A program made the translations under genes and the position numbers. A stretch of DNA of 64,000 nucleotides from Bryobacterales bacterium (GTDB taxonomy: Bacteria; Acidobacteriota; Terriglobia; Bryobacterales; UBA6623), in assembly GCA_965238045.1 (NCBI GenBank), contig CBDEGU010000011.1, positions 640,402-704,401 on the forward strand. The letters run 5' to 3'. Positions 20,494 through 29,420 of this stretch are shown piece by piece. The notes below the pieces were generated by a model, which did not search any database, was not told the origin of the DNA, and saw nothing but the letters and a program-made list of their open reading frames with translations. Within the stretch, counting starts at the first letter, position 1; each line of letters starts with the position of its first letter.

Positions 20494-23400
20494 TCAGGGC
20501 AGATCCGCCATGTCGTTGGTGATGTCTTGCGGAGTGAGAACGGCCCCGTAGAGTCTGGCGGCGTCGAGCGTCATCGGCAGGTAGGCCCCGTTGTACCAGG
20601 AGGCTCGTCCGAAGGTGGGCTCGGCGACCGTTTGGGGAGTGAAGACGGGAAAAGCGGCTTGGCGCTCCAAGACGCCGTCAAGGTAGATCGCGCCGTTCCC
20701 GGTGGCCTGGAGGAAGGTAAAGGCGACGTGATACCAGTGATCAAGATCGAGGGCGCTCGTTGAAACTAGCCAGGGAGAGGAGGAGGGCAATCCCGCGATC
20801 GAGAGAATCAACTGGCCCGAAGAGTTGACGCCGCCGAACCAGCCTTGGAAGTCGCCGCCGTAGTTGGAGTAGATCACGCCCCAAGATCCAGGGTACGCGG
20901 TGAGTTTGACCCATGCCGTAAAGGTAAAGTTGGAGGAACTCAGCCCGGAATCAGGGCTGAGCCGCGCATAGTCCGAGACACCGTCGAAGCTTCGGGCCCC
21001 ACCGCTGACGCCGATGGCGGGGCTGGTTCCGCCGCCTTCGCTGATCACGTGGTGGCCGTTGCCCGAATCGTCGGCGAAGACCTGGCCGGCCTCGGTACCG
21101 GTTTCGTCAAAGCTCCAGGACGCCTCGCGGGGCGGAAGCGGTACGGCCGTGAAAGCGGCGAAGTCGCTCGCGACCTCGGCCGGACTTAGAGCGCGGGGTG
21201 TGATCTTCACCTCGTCGAGATCGCCCGCCAAATAGTAGCCGTTGTACCAAGACGCCCTGCCCATGGCCGCCTGTCCGCTGACGTGGGGAGTCAGACCGAC
21301 GCCGTATCGTTGACCCTCCAAAACACCATCAACGTAGATTCTCATTGTTCGTAGTACTCCGTCATAGGTTGCGGTGAGATGGTGCCAGTGGTTGAGTGAA
21401 AGCGTAGTCTCCGACAGTATGCCGCGCGTTGTCGAAGGAAGCCGGTTGCCTGACGCGACGACACGTCCGTCGGAGCGAACGGCCAGATACCAGCCCTGAT
21501 AATTTCCCCCGTAGTTCGATACCACCACGCCTAAACTTCCCGGATAGGCACCAAGCTTGACCCATGCCCTGGCAGTGAAGCGGGTTGGCGTCAGCCGGTG
21601 AGACGCTGCGATGGTCGCATGGTCGGCCGCGCCATCGAAACGGCGGGCGTTGCCCTCCACGCCGGCCACGGCGGACGTTCCGGTGAGGCTCGCCGTATGC
21701 GCGTTGCCCGAGGCGTCTTGCCCGTCGGTGTCGAGAGACCAGTCGGCTGTCGCGGCGGGATCGACTGCCGGCGCGGGCGCCGTGAATGCCGCGAAGTCGG
21801 CCGCTACCTCCGCGGCCGATCGAGGTGCGGGATAGATCTGCGTCTCGTCGATCAGTGCGTGAAGGTAATAGCCCTGGTACCAGGAGGCCCCTCCGATGGT
21901 TAGAGGCAAGGAAATTTCCGGTTCCAGGCCGGGGATGTACATCTGCGAGACGAGCGCGCCGTCGAGGTAGAGCGAAACGAGTCCCGCAGGCTGGTTGTAG
22001 GTGACCGAAACGCCGTACCAGCGTTCGAGCGCCAACGGTTCGGGCGCCGCCAGCCACCGGGCTTGCGATGGTGTCTGGGAAGCCAAAAACCACAGCTTTC
22101 CATCTGAATTGACTTTCAGAAACCAGCCACGATAGTTGCCCCCATAGGCGGCGGCGACGATTCCGAAATTGTCGGGATAGGAAAGCAGGCGAATCCAGGT
22201 GCGAAAGGTAAAACTCGGCGGGGTCAGAGCGGCCGAGGCCGGTACGTCCACCGAGTCGCTGGCGCCGTTGAAGAGCCGGGCGCTGCCCGATACCCCTGCA
22301 ACAGCCACCGTTCCATAGCTCTGCGTTGTTCCGTGATGGCCGCCGCCGGAGGAATCAGAAATCGTCACGCCGCTGCCGGCGCCTGCTTCCTCGAACGACC
22401 AATCGGCCACGGCACCGGCAGGCGCGCCGACGGTCAGCGTCACCTCCACCGCGACGGGAGAGCCGGTCGCGCCCTCTGCCTCGATCTCGATAGATCCCGT
22501 GTAGGTGCCCGGCGCCCATCCCACGGAGTCCCCCGACACAGAGAGAGCCGAGGGAGCCTCACCGGAGGCGGGAGACACGTTAAGCCATGGGGCCCCGGCC
22601 GCTACCGTCGCAGTCCAGTTAAGCGTGCCGCCGCCGCTGTTGGCAATGCTCAACGATTGCGAGGCCGGATTCGGCCCGCCGGCGACCCCCGAAAAACTCA
22701 AACTAGCCGGTGAGACATCCAGGACGGGTGTTCCACCGGTCAGGCTCGAAACCTGAACATTGTCGATGAACCATCCTTCATTTGCATTCGCGATGGAGTC
22801 AAAGGTGTCGAAATCAAAACGAAGCTGAATCATCTGCCCCGCGTACCGCGACAGATTTACGATGTGATGGTCGAACCCGGGACCATCAGAGTTATGAGCC
22901 AGATGAGAGATCGTTCTCCAGCTCGCGCCCGCGTCGGTGCTAATCATGAGACGGCCGGAATCTGCGTTGAGATAGGCGCCCCCACCCAGCGGGATCTCCA
23001 CCCCGAAACCTTCTCCGGCGAGGAATTGATCCCACTCGACAACGGCGTCGGTGACCGCGCTAAGGTCGATCGCGGGCGAGGTCAGCGTTCCCAAGACGGG
23101 GCTGCCGGTTTCGTAGTCGCCGGTTACTTCTTGACCGAACCACCAAGATTGGGCGCCTGTGGCCGCGCGCCGCGTCGTCAGATGCCAGAGGCCGTCCGCG
23201 GTCCAGCCGTCGTCGGAGCTGTCAAAACCCGAGAACAACATGGTCGGGCCGATGACGGGTGCGCTTCCGCCGCAGTCGGCGGGCAGGTCAAAGGATTCAT
23301 AGACGCTCAGCGCCGTATCGTTTGGCTGTCCGCTTTGGATCGGATTGAGAGCAGCCGAGAAGCCGAAGCCTCGTGCCGCGTATGCCGTCCAGACAGCGCA

Positions 23401-25242
23401 CGCGTTCGGCCCGCCGGCATCGGCAAGCTCAGCGGCCTGCACAACCGCGTCCCGGGCATCGAGCATCGACGGACGCGACGGGGTAAGTTTTAGAGCTGTT
23501 GTGAGGACCGCTTCAAAGGCCGCCTGTCCTAGGGCCGCGCGCACATCCCACAATGCCGTGGCCCAGACCTCACCGTCACGATGGACTTGCGGTACCCGCA
23601 GCAGCCGGGATCCGGGAGCGACCCGAAGCCGCAGCACGCCGAACTGCCCGAACGTGTGGGTACTGTCGTTGTAAGCGACCGAGCGAATTCCGGTCGTTGA
23701 GTTTTCGGTAACGTACTCGCCGATGACTGGATGATTTGTAAACGAGACCGCATAAGCGTCGCTCCATCCCTCACCCATGGCCCCGCTATGCCAGCGGAAC
23801 AGGCTCGTCAGATCACTGGGTCCGCCGACGAGCCGGTTGCTGAGCCCGTGGACGTACTCATGAATGATCACATCGGCGTCGAAAGCCGTATCGCGAACAG
23901 TGGAGGTAAACAGGCCAAGCGTCATTCGAGCAGCAATGCCGTCGGGCGCGGTCGAAAAGTAGGCATTGTTGGTGGCGCCGCCGTCTTCGACATCCACGCG
24001 GACCGGGTCGCCGCCGGCGCCGCCGCGTCCAAAATTATCGCTCTGGAAATTGCCCGATGCTTCATCGAAGCCCAGTTCGTAGAGCCAGTCATGAATCACG
24101 TTTACCCAATAGAAAGCGTTGGCGAGAGCAGCCGGGCGGTCTGGGACGGTGTTGGACGAGCTGGAGTAGCTATCGGTGAAGGAGAAGTCGAAGTGCCCCT
24201 GGGAATCCGACGCCCGGGCGTCGCAAACATTGTTGTCGTCGGTGTCGCGGCAGGCCTCCGCGTTGTTGCCCACCGTCTCGGTGCCATCGACCCAGCAGAG
24301 CCCGTCGAGCAACCCGCTTCGATACGCGGCCGGGTAGATGGGGTCTGGACAAGTCTCCGAGGCACTCGGCCAGCCAGTGAAGGGCTCGGTGGTCTGTGCG
24401 CCGGCGTTGGGATGTGGCCGGTCCGGCGCACGGAAAACCAGACCTCGCGGCTCCGACGACTGGGCCAGGTTTCGGCTGAATAGAATCTCTCCGCTGTCAC
24501 CGTCCACCACGACCCAGTAGGCTTTCGTTACCGAGAGATGGAGATACATCCGCCAGGCCGGGCGAGATTCGTCGTCGAATGGAAACCAGACGAGGCCTAC
24601 TTCGACCGGGCTGCGCAGCCCGGAGTCGGAGAAGACCGTTCGCCGGTTGGCTCCTGTTTCCGCGCGATCCACGTGAAGGTTCAGCGTCGTGCTGGGAGAT
24701 AGCTGTCTCGCCGCTTCCGCGACCGCCTGGGCTGGCGACAGTATCGCGGCAAGCACGCCTGGCACGGGGGGCGCGGCGATGGCGTCCGCGCGCCAGACGC
24801 GGTTTTGAGAGTCAAGATGCACCTGGATATCCGAGTCGAAAAACGGCACTCCGGCGACTCGCGGCTCGAAGACCAGATGGGTGAGATTCGCATTCCTTGA
24901 CTTGGAGCGTGAGATCAGAGCAAGCTGGAACGGCGAGGTTGGCGCAATGTTGGGAGCCAGCGGCAGCTGCTCCAGAAACAGACGGGCGGCGGTTTCAGCC
25001 TCTCCCCCGCGGGCCTGAGTAAGAGGCTTTCCACGCTGGAAGAGTGAGTGCCGGGCTTGGCGCGCGGTGCCAAGCTGTAGAGAGCCTGGCGGTGTTCCCC
25101 CCGGGATCGAGCGTCCTCGAGAGTCAAAGAAGTCGTAGTCGGCGGGACGAAGAGTTTGACCTTGTGCGTCGCTCAAGGCACAGCAGACCACGCAGGCAAT
25201 CCACAACAGGAAGCCTGACATTCCAAAACGGCGACGACCCAT
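20494..25242 (-). CDS. Secreted M36 (fungalysin) family metallopeptidase with MAM-like, Ig/BACON-like and three tandem LamG (Laminin_G_3-like) domains
   Basis: HEYVHGLSNRLVGGP and GEGWSD are M36 signatures. The signal peptide MGRRRFGMSGFLLWIACVVCCALSDAQG is preceded by the RBS GGAGAG (start 25242; track ORF starts at 25344). The C-terminal ~630 aa form three ~205-aa repeats (FTFRTWIRL.../FTARAWVKL.../FTFTAWVKL...). Confidence 0.8.
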   Translation of the reverse strand: MGRRRFGMSGFLLWIACVVCCALSDAQGQTLRPADYDFFDSRGRSIPGGTPPGSLQLGTARQARHSLFQRGKPLTQARGGEAETAARLFLEQLPLAPNIAPTSPFQLALISRSKSRNANLTHLVFEPRVAGVPFFDSDIQVHLDSQNRVWRADAIAAPPVPGVLAAILSPAQAVAEAARQLSPSTTLNLHVDRAETGANRRTVFSDSGLRSPVEVGLVWFPFDDESRPAWRMYLHLSVTKAYWVVVDGDSGEILFSRNLAQSSEPRGLVFRAPDRPHPNAGAQTTEPFTGWPSASETCPDPIYPAAYRSGLLDGLCWVDGTETVGNNAEACRDTDDNNVCDARASDSQGHFDFSFTDSYSSSSNTVPDRPAALANAFYWVNVIHDWLYELGFDEASGNFQSDNFGRGGAGGDPVRVDVEDGGATNNAYFSTAPDGIAARMTLGLFTSTVRDTAFDADVIIHEYVHGLSNRLVGGPSDLTSLFRWHSGAMGEGWSDAYAVSFTNHPVIGEYVTENSTTGIRSVAYNDSTHTFGQFGVLRLRVAPGSRLLRVPQVHRDGEVWATALWDVRAALGQAAFEAVLTTALKLTPSRPSMLDARDAVVQAAELADAGGPNACAVWTAYAARGFGFSAALNPIQSGQPNDTALSVYESFDLPADCGGSAPVIGPTMLFSGFDSSDDGWTADGLWHLTTRRAATGAQSWWFGQEVTGDYETGSPVLGTLTSPAIDLSAVTDAVVEWDQFLAGEGFGVEIPLGGGAYLNADSGRLMISTDAGASWRTISHLAHNSDGPGFDHHIVNLSRYAGQMIQLRFDFDTFDSIANANEGWFIDNVQVSSLTGGTPVLDVSPASLSFSGVAGGPNPASQSLSIANSGGGTLNWTATVAAGAPWLNVSPASGEAPSALSVSGDSVGWAPGTYTGSIEIEAEGATGSPVAVEVTLTVGAPAGAVADWSFEEAGAGSGVTISDSSGGGHHGTTQSYGTVAVAGVSGSARLFNGASDSVDVPASAALTPPSFTFRTWIRLLSYPDNFGIVAAAYGGNYRGWFLKVNSDGKLWFLASQTPSQARWLAAPEPLALERWYGVSVTYNQPAGLVSLYLDGALVSQMYIPGLEPEISLPLTIGGASWYQGYYLHALIDETQIYPAPRSAAEVAADFAAFTAPAPAVDPAATADWSLDTDGQDASGNAHTASLTGTSAVAGVEGNARRFDGAADHATIAASHRLTPTRFTARAWVKLGAYPGSLGVVVSNYGGNYQGWYLAVRSDGRVVASGNRLPSTTRGILSETTLSLNHWHHLTATYDGVLRTMRIYVDGVLEGQRYGVGLTPHVSGQAAMGRASWYNGYYLAGDLDEVKITPRALSPAEVASDFAAFTAVPLPPREASWSFDETGTEAGQVFADDSGNGHHVISEGGGTSPAIGVSGGARSFDGVSDYARLSPDSGLSSSNFTFTAWVKLTAYPGSWGVIYSNYGGDFQGWFGGVNSSGQLILSIAGLPSSSPWLVSTSALDLDHWYHVAFTFLQATGNGAIYLDGVLERQAAFPVFTPQTVAEPTFGRASWYNGAYLPMTLDAARLYGAVLTPQDITNDMADLP

Positions 25243-25401
25243 CTCTCCTTTTCTTTTCGGTCGAAGTGTGTGAGGTTTTAGCCCGGCTAGCAGCCGGCGT
25301 CTGCATCGGCCGGACGGCCGGAGCAAGGTGCTCGGCCTCCGCAATGCCGGTCAACGTCATCGGGTAGACTGTAATCACTGCCCGGCAACACCGCGGCTTT
25401 C

Positions 25402-26661
25402 ATGGCGAACTCAATCGATTCGCGGGCTCTCGCTCGCAGGAACTTTCTCAGAACCGCGGCTGGCGCCGCTCTTATGAGCGGTCTGGCCGCGCCCGCTTCC
25501 CTCCATGGCCAAGAATCCGCGGTGAATTCTGGCAAGCTCAAGATCGTTTCAGTAGAAGCCTTCCCTGTCCGGCTATGGAAAGGCGCCCGTCGGAGCGGGA
25601 AGCCTGCATTCAAGTCGGATTTTGATATCGCCCGCTGGCGCTATCGCGGCCCGTTCGCGCAACTGGGCAGTGCGATCGTTGTTGTGATTCGAACCCGCGA
25701 GGGTATTAGCGGTTACGGGCTCGGCGGCGGCGGAACCGTTTCGGCCGAAATCATTGGTGGTCATCTGCGGCATCTGCTGATCGGCGCCAATCCGCTCAAC
25801 ATCGAGTTGCTCTGGGATCAGATGTACACCTCAGCGAACGCCTACGGCCGGCGCGGTGTGTTCGTGATGGCTCTCAGCGGCGTTGACAATGCCCTTTGGG
25901 ACATCTTGGGAAAGTACTCCAGGCAGCCGGTCTATCGCCTGCTCGGTGGTACGACAAAGGATAAGATCCCGGCTTACTTCACCAGCATGCGTCCGGAAGA
26001 AGGGCTTGCTCTCGGTTTTCAGCATTTCAAGATGCCGATACGGGATGGGGTTGCCGAAGGGCGCCAGGGGATGGAGAGAATCAGAGACCTGCTGAAACGG
26101 GCTCGCACGACGATCGGCCCGGTGAAATCCTTGATGATCGACTGCGGCTCGCGCTGGGACGATGTGGACTACACCATCGAGATGGCCAGACGCCTCGAGC
26201 AGGTCGGCCTCTACTGGATCGAGGAGCCGCTCTCGCCGGACAATCTAACCGGCTACGCTGAGCTGGTCCGGGAGGTGAAGAGCAGCAAGATCGCAAGCGG
26301 CGAGCACGAGTATACGCGCTTTGGCTTCGCTGAATTGATTCGCCACAACGCGGTAGAGGTTCTGCAGCCGGACGTGAGCTGGTGCGGCGGCGTGACGTCG
26401 CTGCGCAAGATCGCCGCCATGGCCGCCGAGCACGATCTCGAATTCACACCCCACCGGGGCGGCAGCTTGTATGGACTCCCTCTTTCGTTGTCGTCTCCGC
26501 AATGCCGCTGGGCCGAGAGCTTTGGTACCGGCGACAACCGGGGAACGGAACTCATGCAGGCGATGACCGCCCCGTTCAAGAACGGTTTCTACTATCCGCC
26601 GGAGAAACCCGGCTTCGGGACTGAGATCACCGAGAGCCTAATCGAGAGCCATCGGCTGTGA
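25402..26661 (+). CDS. Enolase-superfamily enzyme (mandelate racemase/muconate lactonizing family) with Tat-type signal
   Basis: N-terminus SRALARRNFLRTAAGAALMSGLAAPASLHG. Body has FKMPI, MIDCGSRWD, IEEPL, ASGEHE and TPH, consistent with MR/MLE metal-ligand and acid/base positions. Confidence 0.75.
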   Translation: MANSIDSRALARRNFLRTAAGAALMSGLAAPASLHGQESAVNSGKLKIVSVEAFPVRLWKGARRSGKPAFKSDFDIARWRYRGPFAQLGSAIVVVIRTREGISGYGLGGGGTVSAEIIGGHLRHLLIGANPLNIELLWDQMYTSANAYGRRGVFVMALSGVDNALWDILGKYSRQPVYRLLGGTTKDKIPAYFTSMRPEEGLALGFQHFKMPIRDGVAEGRQGMERIRDLLKRARTTIGPVKSLMIDCGSRWDDVDYTIEMARRLEQVGLYWIEEPLSPDNLTGYAELVREVKSSKIASGEHEYTRFGFAELIRHNAVEVLQPDVSWCGGVTSLRKIAAMAAEHDLEFTPHRGGSLYGLPLSLSSPQCRWAESFGTGDNRGTELMQAMTAPFKNGFYYPPEKPGFGTEITESLIESHRL

Positions 26662-26687
26662 CGACCTTGGCCGGTGGCGGCAGCTAA

Positions 26688-26862
26688 CCCGCATTTCTCG
26701 CCACCTGACGGCCGAAGCACGCGACAGGCCCGCCAGTACTTCGTTGCGCTTGCTCGCCGTGCTCAACGTACCGGCAAGTACGCCTGCGCTCGTCAAGCGG
26801 CGCGCGCCTCGTACTGGCGGGCCTCTCACGCACTTCGCTTCGCCACGTGGTGAGAAAACGGG
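26688..26862 (-). mobile_element. MITE copy A (175 bp, inverted relative to copies B/C), IS1380-type termini
   Basis: CCCGCATTTCTCGCCACCTGACGG...CCACGTGGTGAGAAAACGGG, flanked by CTAA at 26684-26687 and 26863-26866. Near-identical to the elements at 42048 and 48310. Confidence 0.8.
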
Positions 26863-26876
26863 CTAACGAATCAAGA

Positions 26877-28019
26877 TCAGTAAATCTCCTGGTAGATTTT
26901 CAAGCAGTCCGCGGTGCTCACTGGCCGCGGATTGAATCGAGCGGTCCACTGCGATGAGGCCTCCTCGGCCCGCTTCGGCAACTCATCTTCAGCGATCCCG
27001 TAGTCAGACAGACGCCGGGGAATGGCCGACTTCTCGAGCATGCCGTCAACGACCCGGACCAGTTCCTCGCCTGGCTCGGCCCCTCCGCCCGAAGGACACA
27101 GCTCTTCGTAGAGTTCTCCCGCACAAGCGATATTGAAGCGGATCACCGCCGGCAGCAGCATCCCCACAGCGGCGCCGTGAACGACCTGGTGATGCGCCGT
27201 GAGCGGATTCGCGCAGGAGTGAGCAATGCCGAGCATCGAATTTTCGATCGCCGTGCCGGCGAAGTTCGCGCCCAAGAGCATACCGGCGCGGGCATGCTCA
27301 TTCGAGGGTTCCTCCAGGACGCGTGGAAAACTCTCGCTGAGTAGCTGCCAGGCCCGCTGGGAGTACAGTCTCGAAAGGGGGTTGCGCTTGCTGGTCACCC
27401 AGGTTTCCAGAGCATGGCCGATGGCGTCGATGCCGGTGACGGCGGTGACATCCGCGGGCTGCGAAATAGTGATCGCCGGGTCGAGAATCGCAACCGCCGC
27501 CGCGGCCTTCGGGTCGCCGCAAGCCATCTTCTGGTGTGTTTCCGGGTCGGAGATCAGTGCAAACGACTGTGCTTCACTGCCGGTTCCCGCTGTCGTCGGG
27601 ATGGCGATGAGCGGCAGCATCGCTTTCGCCGCCTTGCCACCGCCCCAGTAGTCCTGCATGCGGCCCCCATTGGTCAGCAGGAAGTTGATTCCCTTGGCGC
27701 AATCCATGGAACTGCCGCCGCCGAGTCCTATGATCAGATCGATTCCGTGCTGTTTGGCGAACGCGACCCCCTCTTCCACGTGGACCGAGGTCGGATTTTC
27801 TTCCACTCCGCGGAAGATGGCCGCGGAAAGACCTGCCTCTTCGAGAACTCGAACTGCCAGGGCCGGATAGCCCGCCGCGACAATGCCTGGGTCCGATACG
27901 ACCAGAGCACGCCGGCCACCGAGCGACTTCGCAATTTCGCCGGCCCGCGAGAGGGTCCCACCGCCGAAGACGACGCGCGTGCGGGGCTGGAAGTCGAATG
28001 ATGTGGAAGAGTACATCAA
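26877..28019 (-). CDS. Iron-containing alcohol dehydrogenase
   Basis: 380-aa ORF with GGGSSMDCAKG and conserved His clusters (HALE, HSCANPLTAHH) of the Fe-ADH family. Confidence 0.85.
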   Translation of the reverse strand: MMYSSTSFDFQPRTRVVFGGGTLSRAGEIAKSLGGRRALVVSDPGIVAAGYPALAVRVLEEAGLSAAIFRGVEENPTSVHVEEGVAFAKQHGIDLIIGLGGGSSMDCAKGINFLLTNGGRMQDYWGGGKAAKAMLPLIAIPTTAGTGSEAQSFALISDPETHQKMACGDPKAAAAVAILDPAITISQPADVTAVTGIDAIGHALETWVTSKRNPLSRLYSQRAWQLLSESFPRVLEEPSNEHARAGMLLGANFAGTAIENSMLGIAHSCANPLTAHHQVVHGAAVGMLLPAVIRFNIACAGELYEELCPSGGGAEPGEELVRVVDGMLEKSAIPRRLSDYGIAEDELPKRAEEASSQWTARFNPRPVSTADCLKIYQEIY

Positions 28020-28194
28020 GGTAATTGCGGCGTTATCTGCGGCTCGCCGGTTCGCGGCACTGGTTTGCGAGAGTTGCTAAGTCCCAGGAGCGCCCAGCAT
28101 AGGCGCGGAAATTTAGAAATTTACGGGCGGCACTCCTGGGAACGCGGAATCGATTGTGGGTAAGTGAAGCTCTGCGCTGCCAGTCGCGCACTCG

Positions 28195-29289
28195 CTAGTA
28201 AACTCCGATCGCCGCTTTTGTATTCGTTTTGGAGAAAGGCCGCACGTTGCGCAATCCCGGCCACGGGTACAGCTCGATCGATGGCTCTCTTTCACATTCG
28301 TCTCTTTCGGGAAAACGCGGCATGAAGAATTCCTTGGTTAGCGTGGTCAGCAAGACGCGTCCCGTTGCGCCGTAATCCACGACCCGGTCCATGTCGTCGG
28401 GATCGACCACTTCACTCACGGCCCGCGGCTGCGGCGGATAGTAGATGATCGCGTAGTCATCCGCCGGATCAAACGGTTTGTGGCAGGCCAAGCCCATCAG
28501 AGTATTGCCATAGGTCGCCGCGAAGTAGGCGCCTTCGAGCAGTTCCTCGCGGGCGAAGCGGTGGAACTGCGGCGTCATCTCGGTGCCGCCGCAAAACACG
28601 CCCGTGATCCCCATGTCTTTCAGCGACACGCGTTCGGCTAGGGCATCGAGCAGCTTCGGCGTCGTGAACAGGCATTTCACGTTCGGATGGTTTTCGAGCA
28701 CCACCAGAGCCTGGTCGATGCAGTGTTTCTTGTAGGCTTCCGCCTCCTTGATGTCGCCTCGCTTCAGAAGCTTCACCACCCAGCGGGGATCGAGATCGAC
28801 TTGGAAGCATATGCCGCCTCGAATTTGTGCCAAGTGTTCAATCGCCAGCCGCAGCCGCCGCGGACCGCTGGGGCCGAGTTCGAGCCAGTCCGAACCGGGC
28901 GGGAAGAACTCGTCCGGCAACGTTTTGCTGAACTCCGAGTAATCGATTCGGAAGTCCTCGATGTTGATGCGCATCTTGGGCACGCCGGTCGTGCCGCCGG
29001 TCTCGAAGACATAGATCGGCTTGTCCTTGTACGCCTTGGGAACCCAGCGGCGCACCGGGCCGCCACGCAGCCACTCGTCCTGGAAGAAACCAAACTTGCG
29101 AAGGTCGCCGAAACCGTGAATTTCCTTGCGCGGATCCCAATCAAGCTGCGAGGCATAGTCGAGCCAGAACGGACAACCGGTTTCAGGATCAAAATGCCAG
29201 GCGACGATCTCGCGCACGTGGGCGTCAAGCTTCTCGCTGGCGTCGTCCATTTTCTGTTGAAGAGAAGGGGAGAATTCAGTGGTTGCCAT
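28195..29289 (-). CDS. Adenylate-forming enzyme superfamily protein (PaaK/CapK/F390-synthetase-like), function unknown
   Basis: VFETGGTTGVPK resembles the P-loop-like (S/T)GTTG.PK motif of PaaK-type ligases. The rest of the protein was not recognised. Confidence 0.4.
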   Translation of the reverse strand: MATTEFSPSLQQKMDDASEKLDAHVREIVAWHFDPETGCPFWLDYASQLDWDPRKEIHGFGDLRKFGFFQDEWLRGGPVRRWVPKAYKDKPIYVFETGGTTGVPKMRINIEDFRIDYSEFSKTLPDEFFPPGSDWLELGPSGPRRLRLAIEHLAQIRGGICFQVDLDPRWVVKLLKRGDIKEAEAYKKHCIDQALVVLENHPNVKCLFTTPKLLDALAERVSLKDMGITGVFCGGTEMTPQFHRFAREELLEGAYFAATYGNTLMGLACHKPFDPADDYAIIYYPPQPRAVSEVVDPDDMDRVVDYGATGRVLLTTLTKEFFMPRFPERDECEREPSIELYPWPGLRNVRPFSKTNTKAAIGVY

Positions 29290-29420
29290 CTGTTAGTACC
29301 GACACTAGGAACGGACAAATATGGACGGGCTAGCCAGCTCGAAGAGCACCGGCGCCCTGGGGAGTCGGGTTTCGCGTCGCGGCCCCGCCCGAGCCCTCGC
29401 GCAAAGCAATCCCGTTGACT

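Noticed and set aside
20494-22410. Tandem DNA repeat or CRISPR-like periodicity in the 3' part of the M36 gene
   Set aside because: The periodicity (about 615 nt) reflects three diverged LamG protein domains within one ORF. There are no short identical direct repeats with unique spacers, so this is not a CRISPR array.
28085-28145. 9-bp inverted repeat TCCCAGGAG...CTCCTGGGA between the PaaK-like and ADH genes, as a terminator or riboregulator
   Set aside because: The loop of roughly 40 nt is too long for an intrinsic terminator and there is no T-tract. A single occurrence with no supporting conservation makes it too weak to call.
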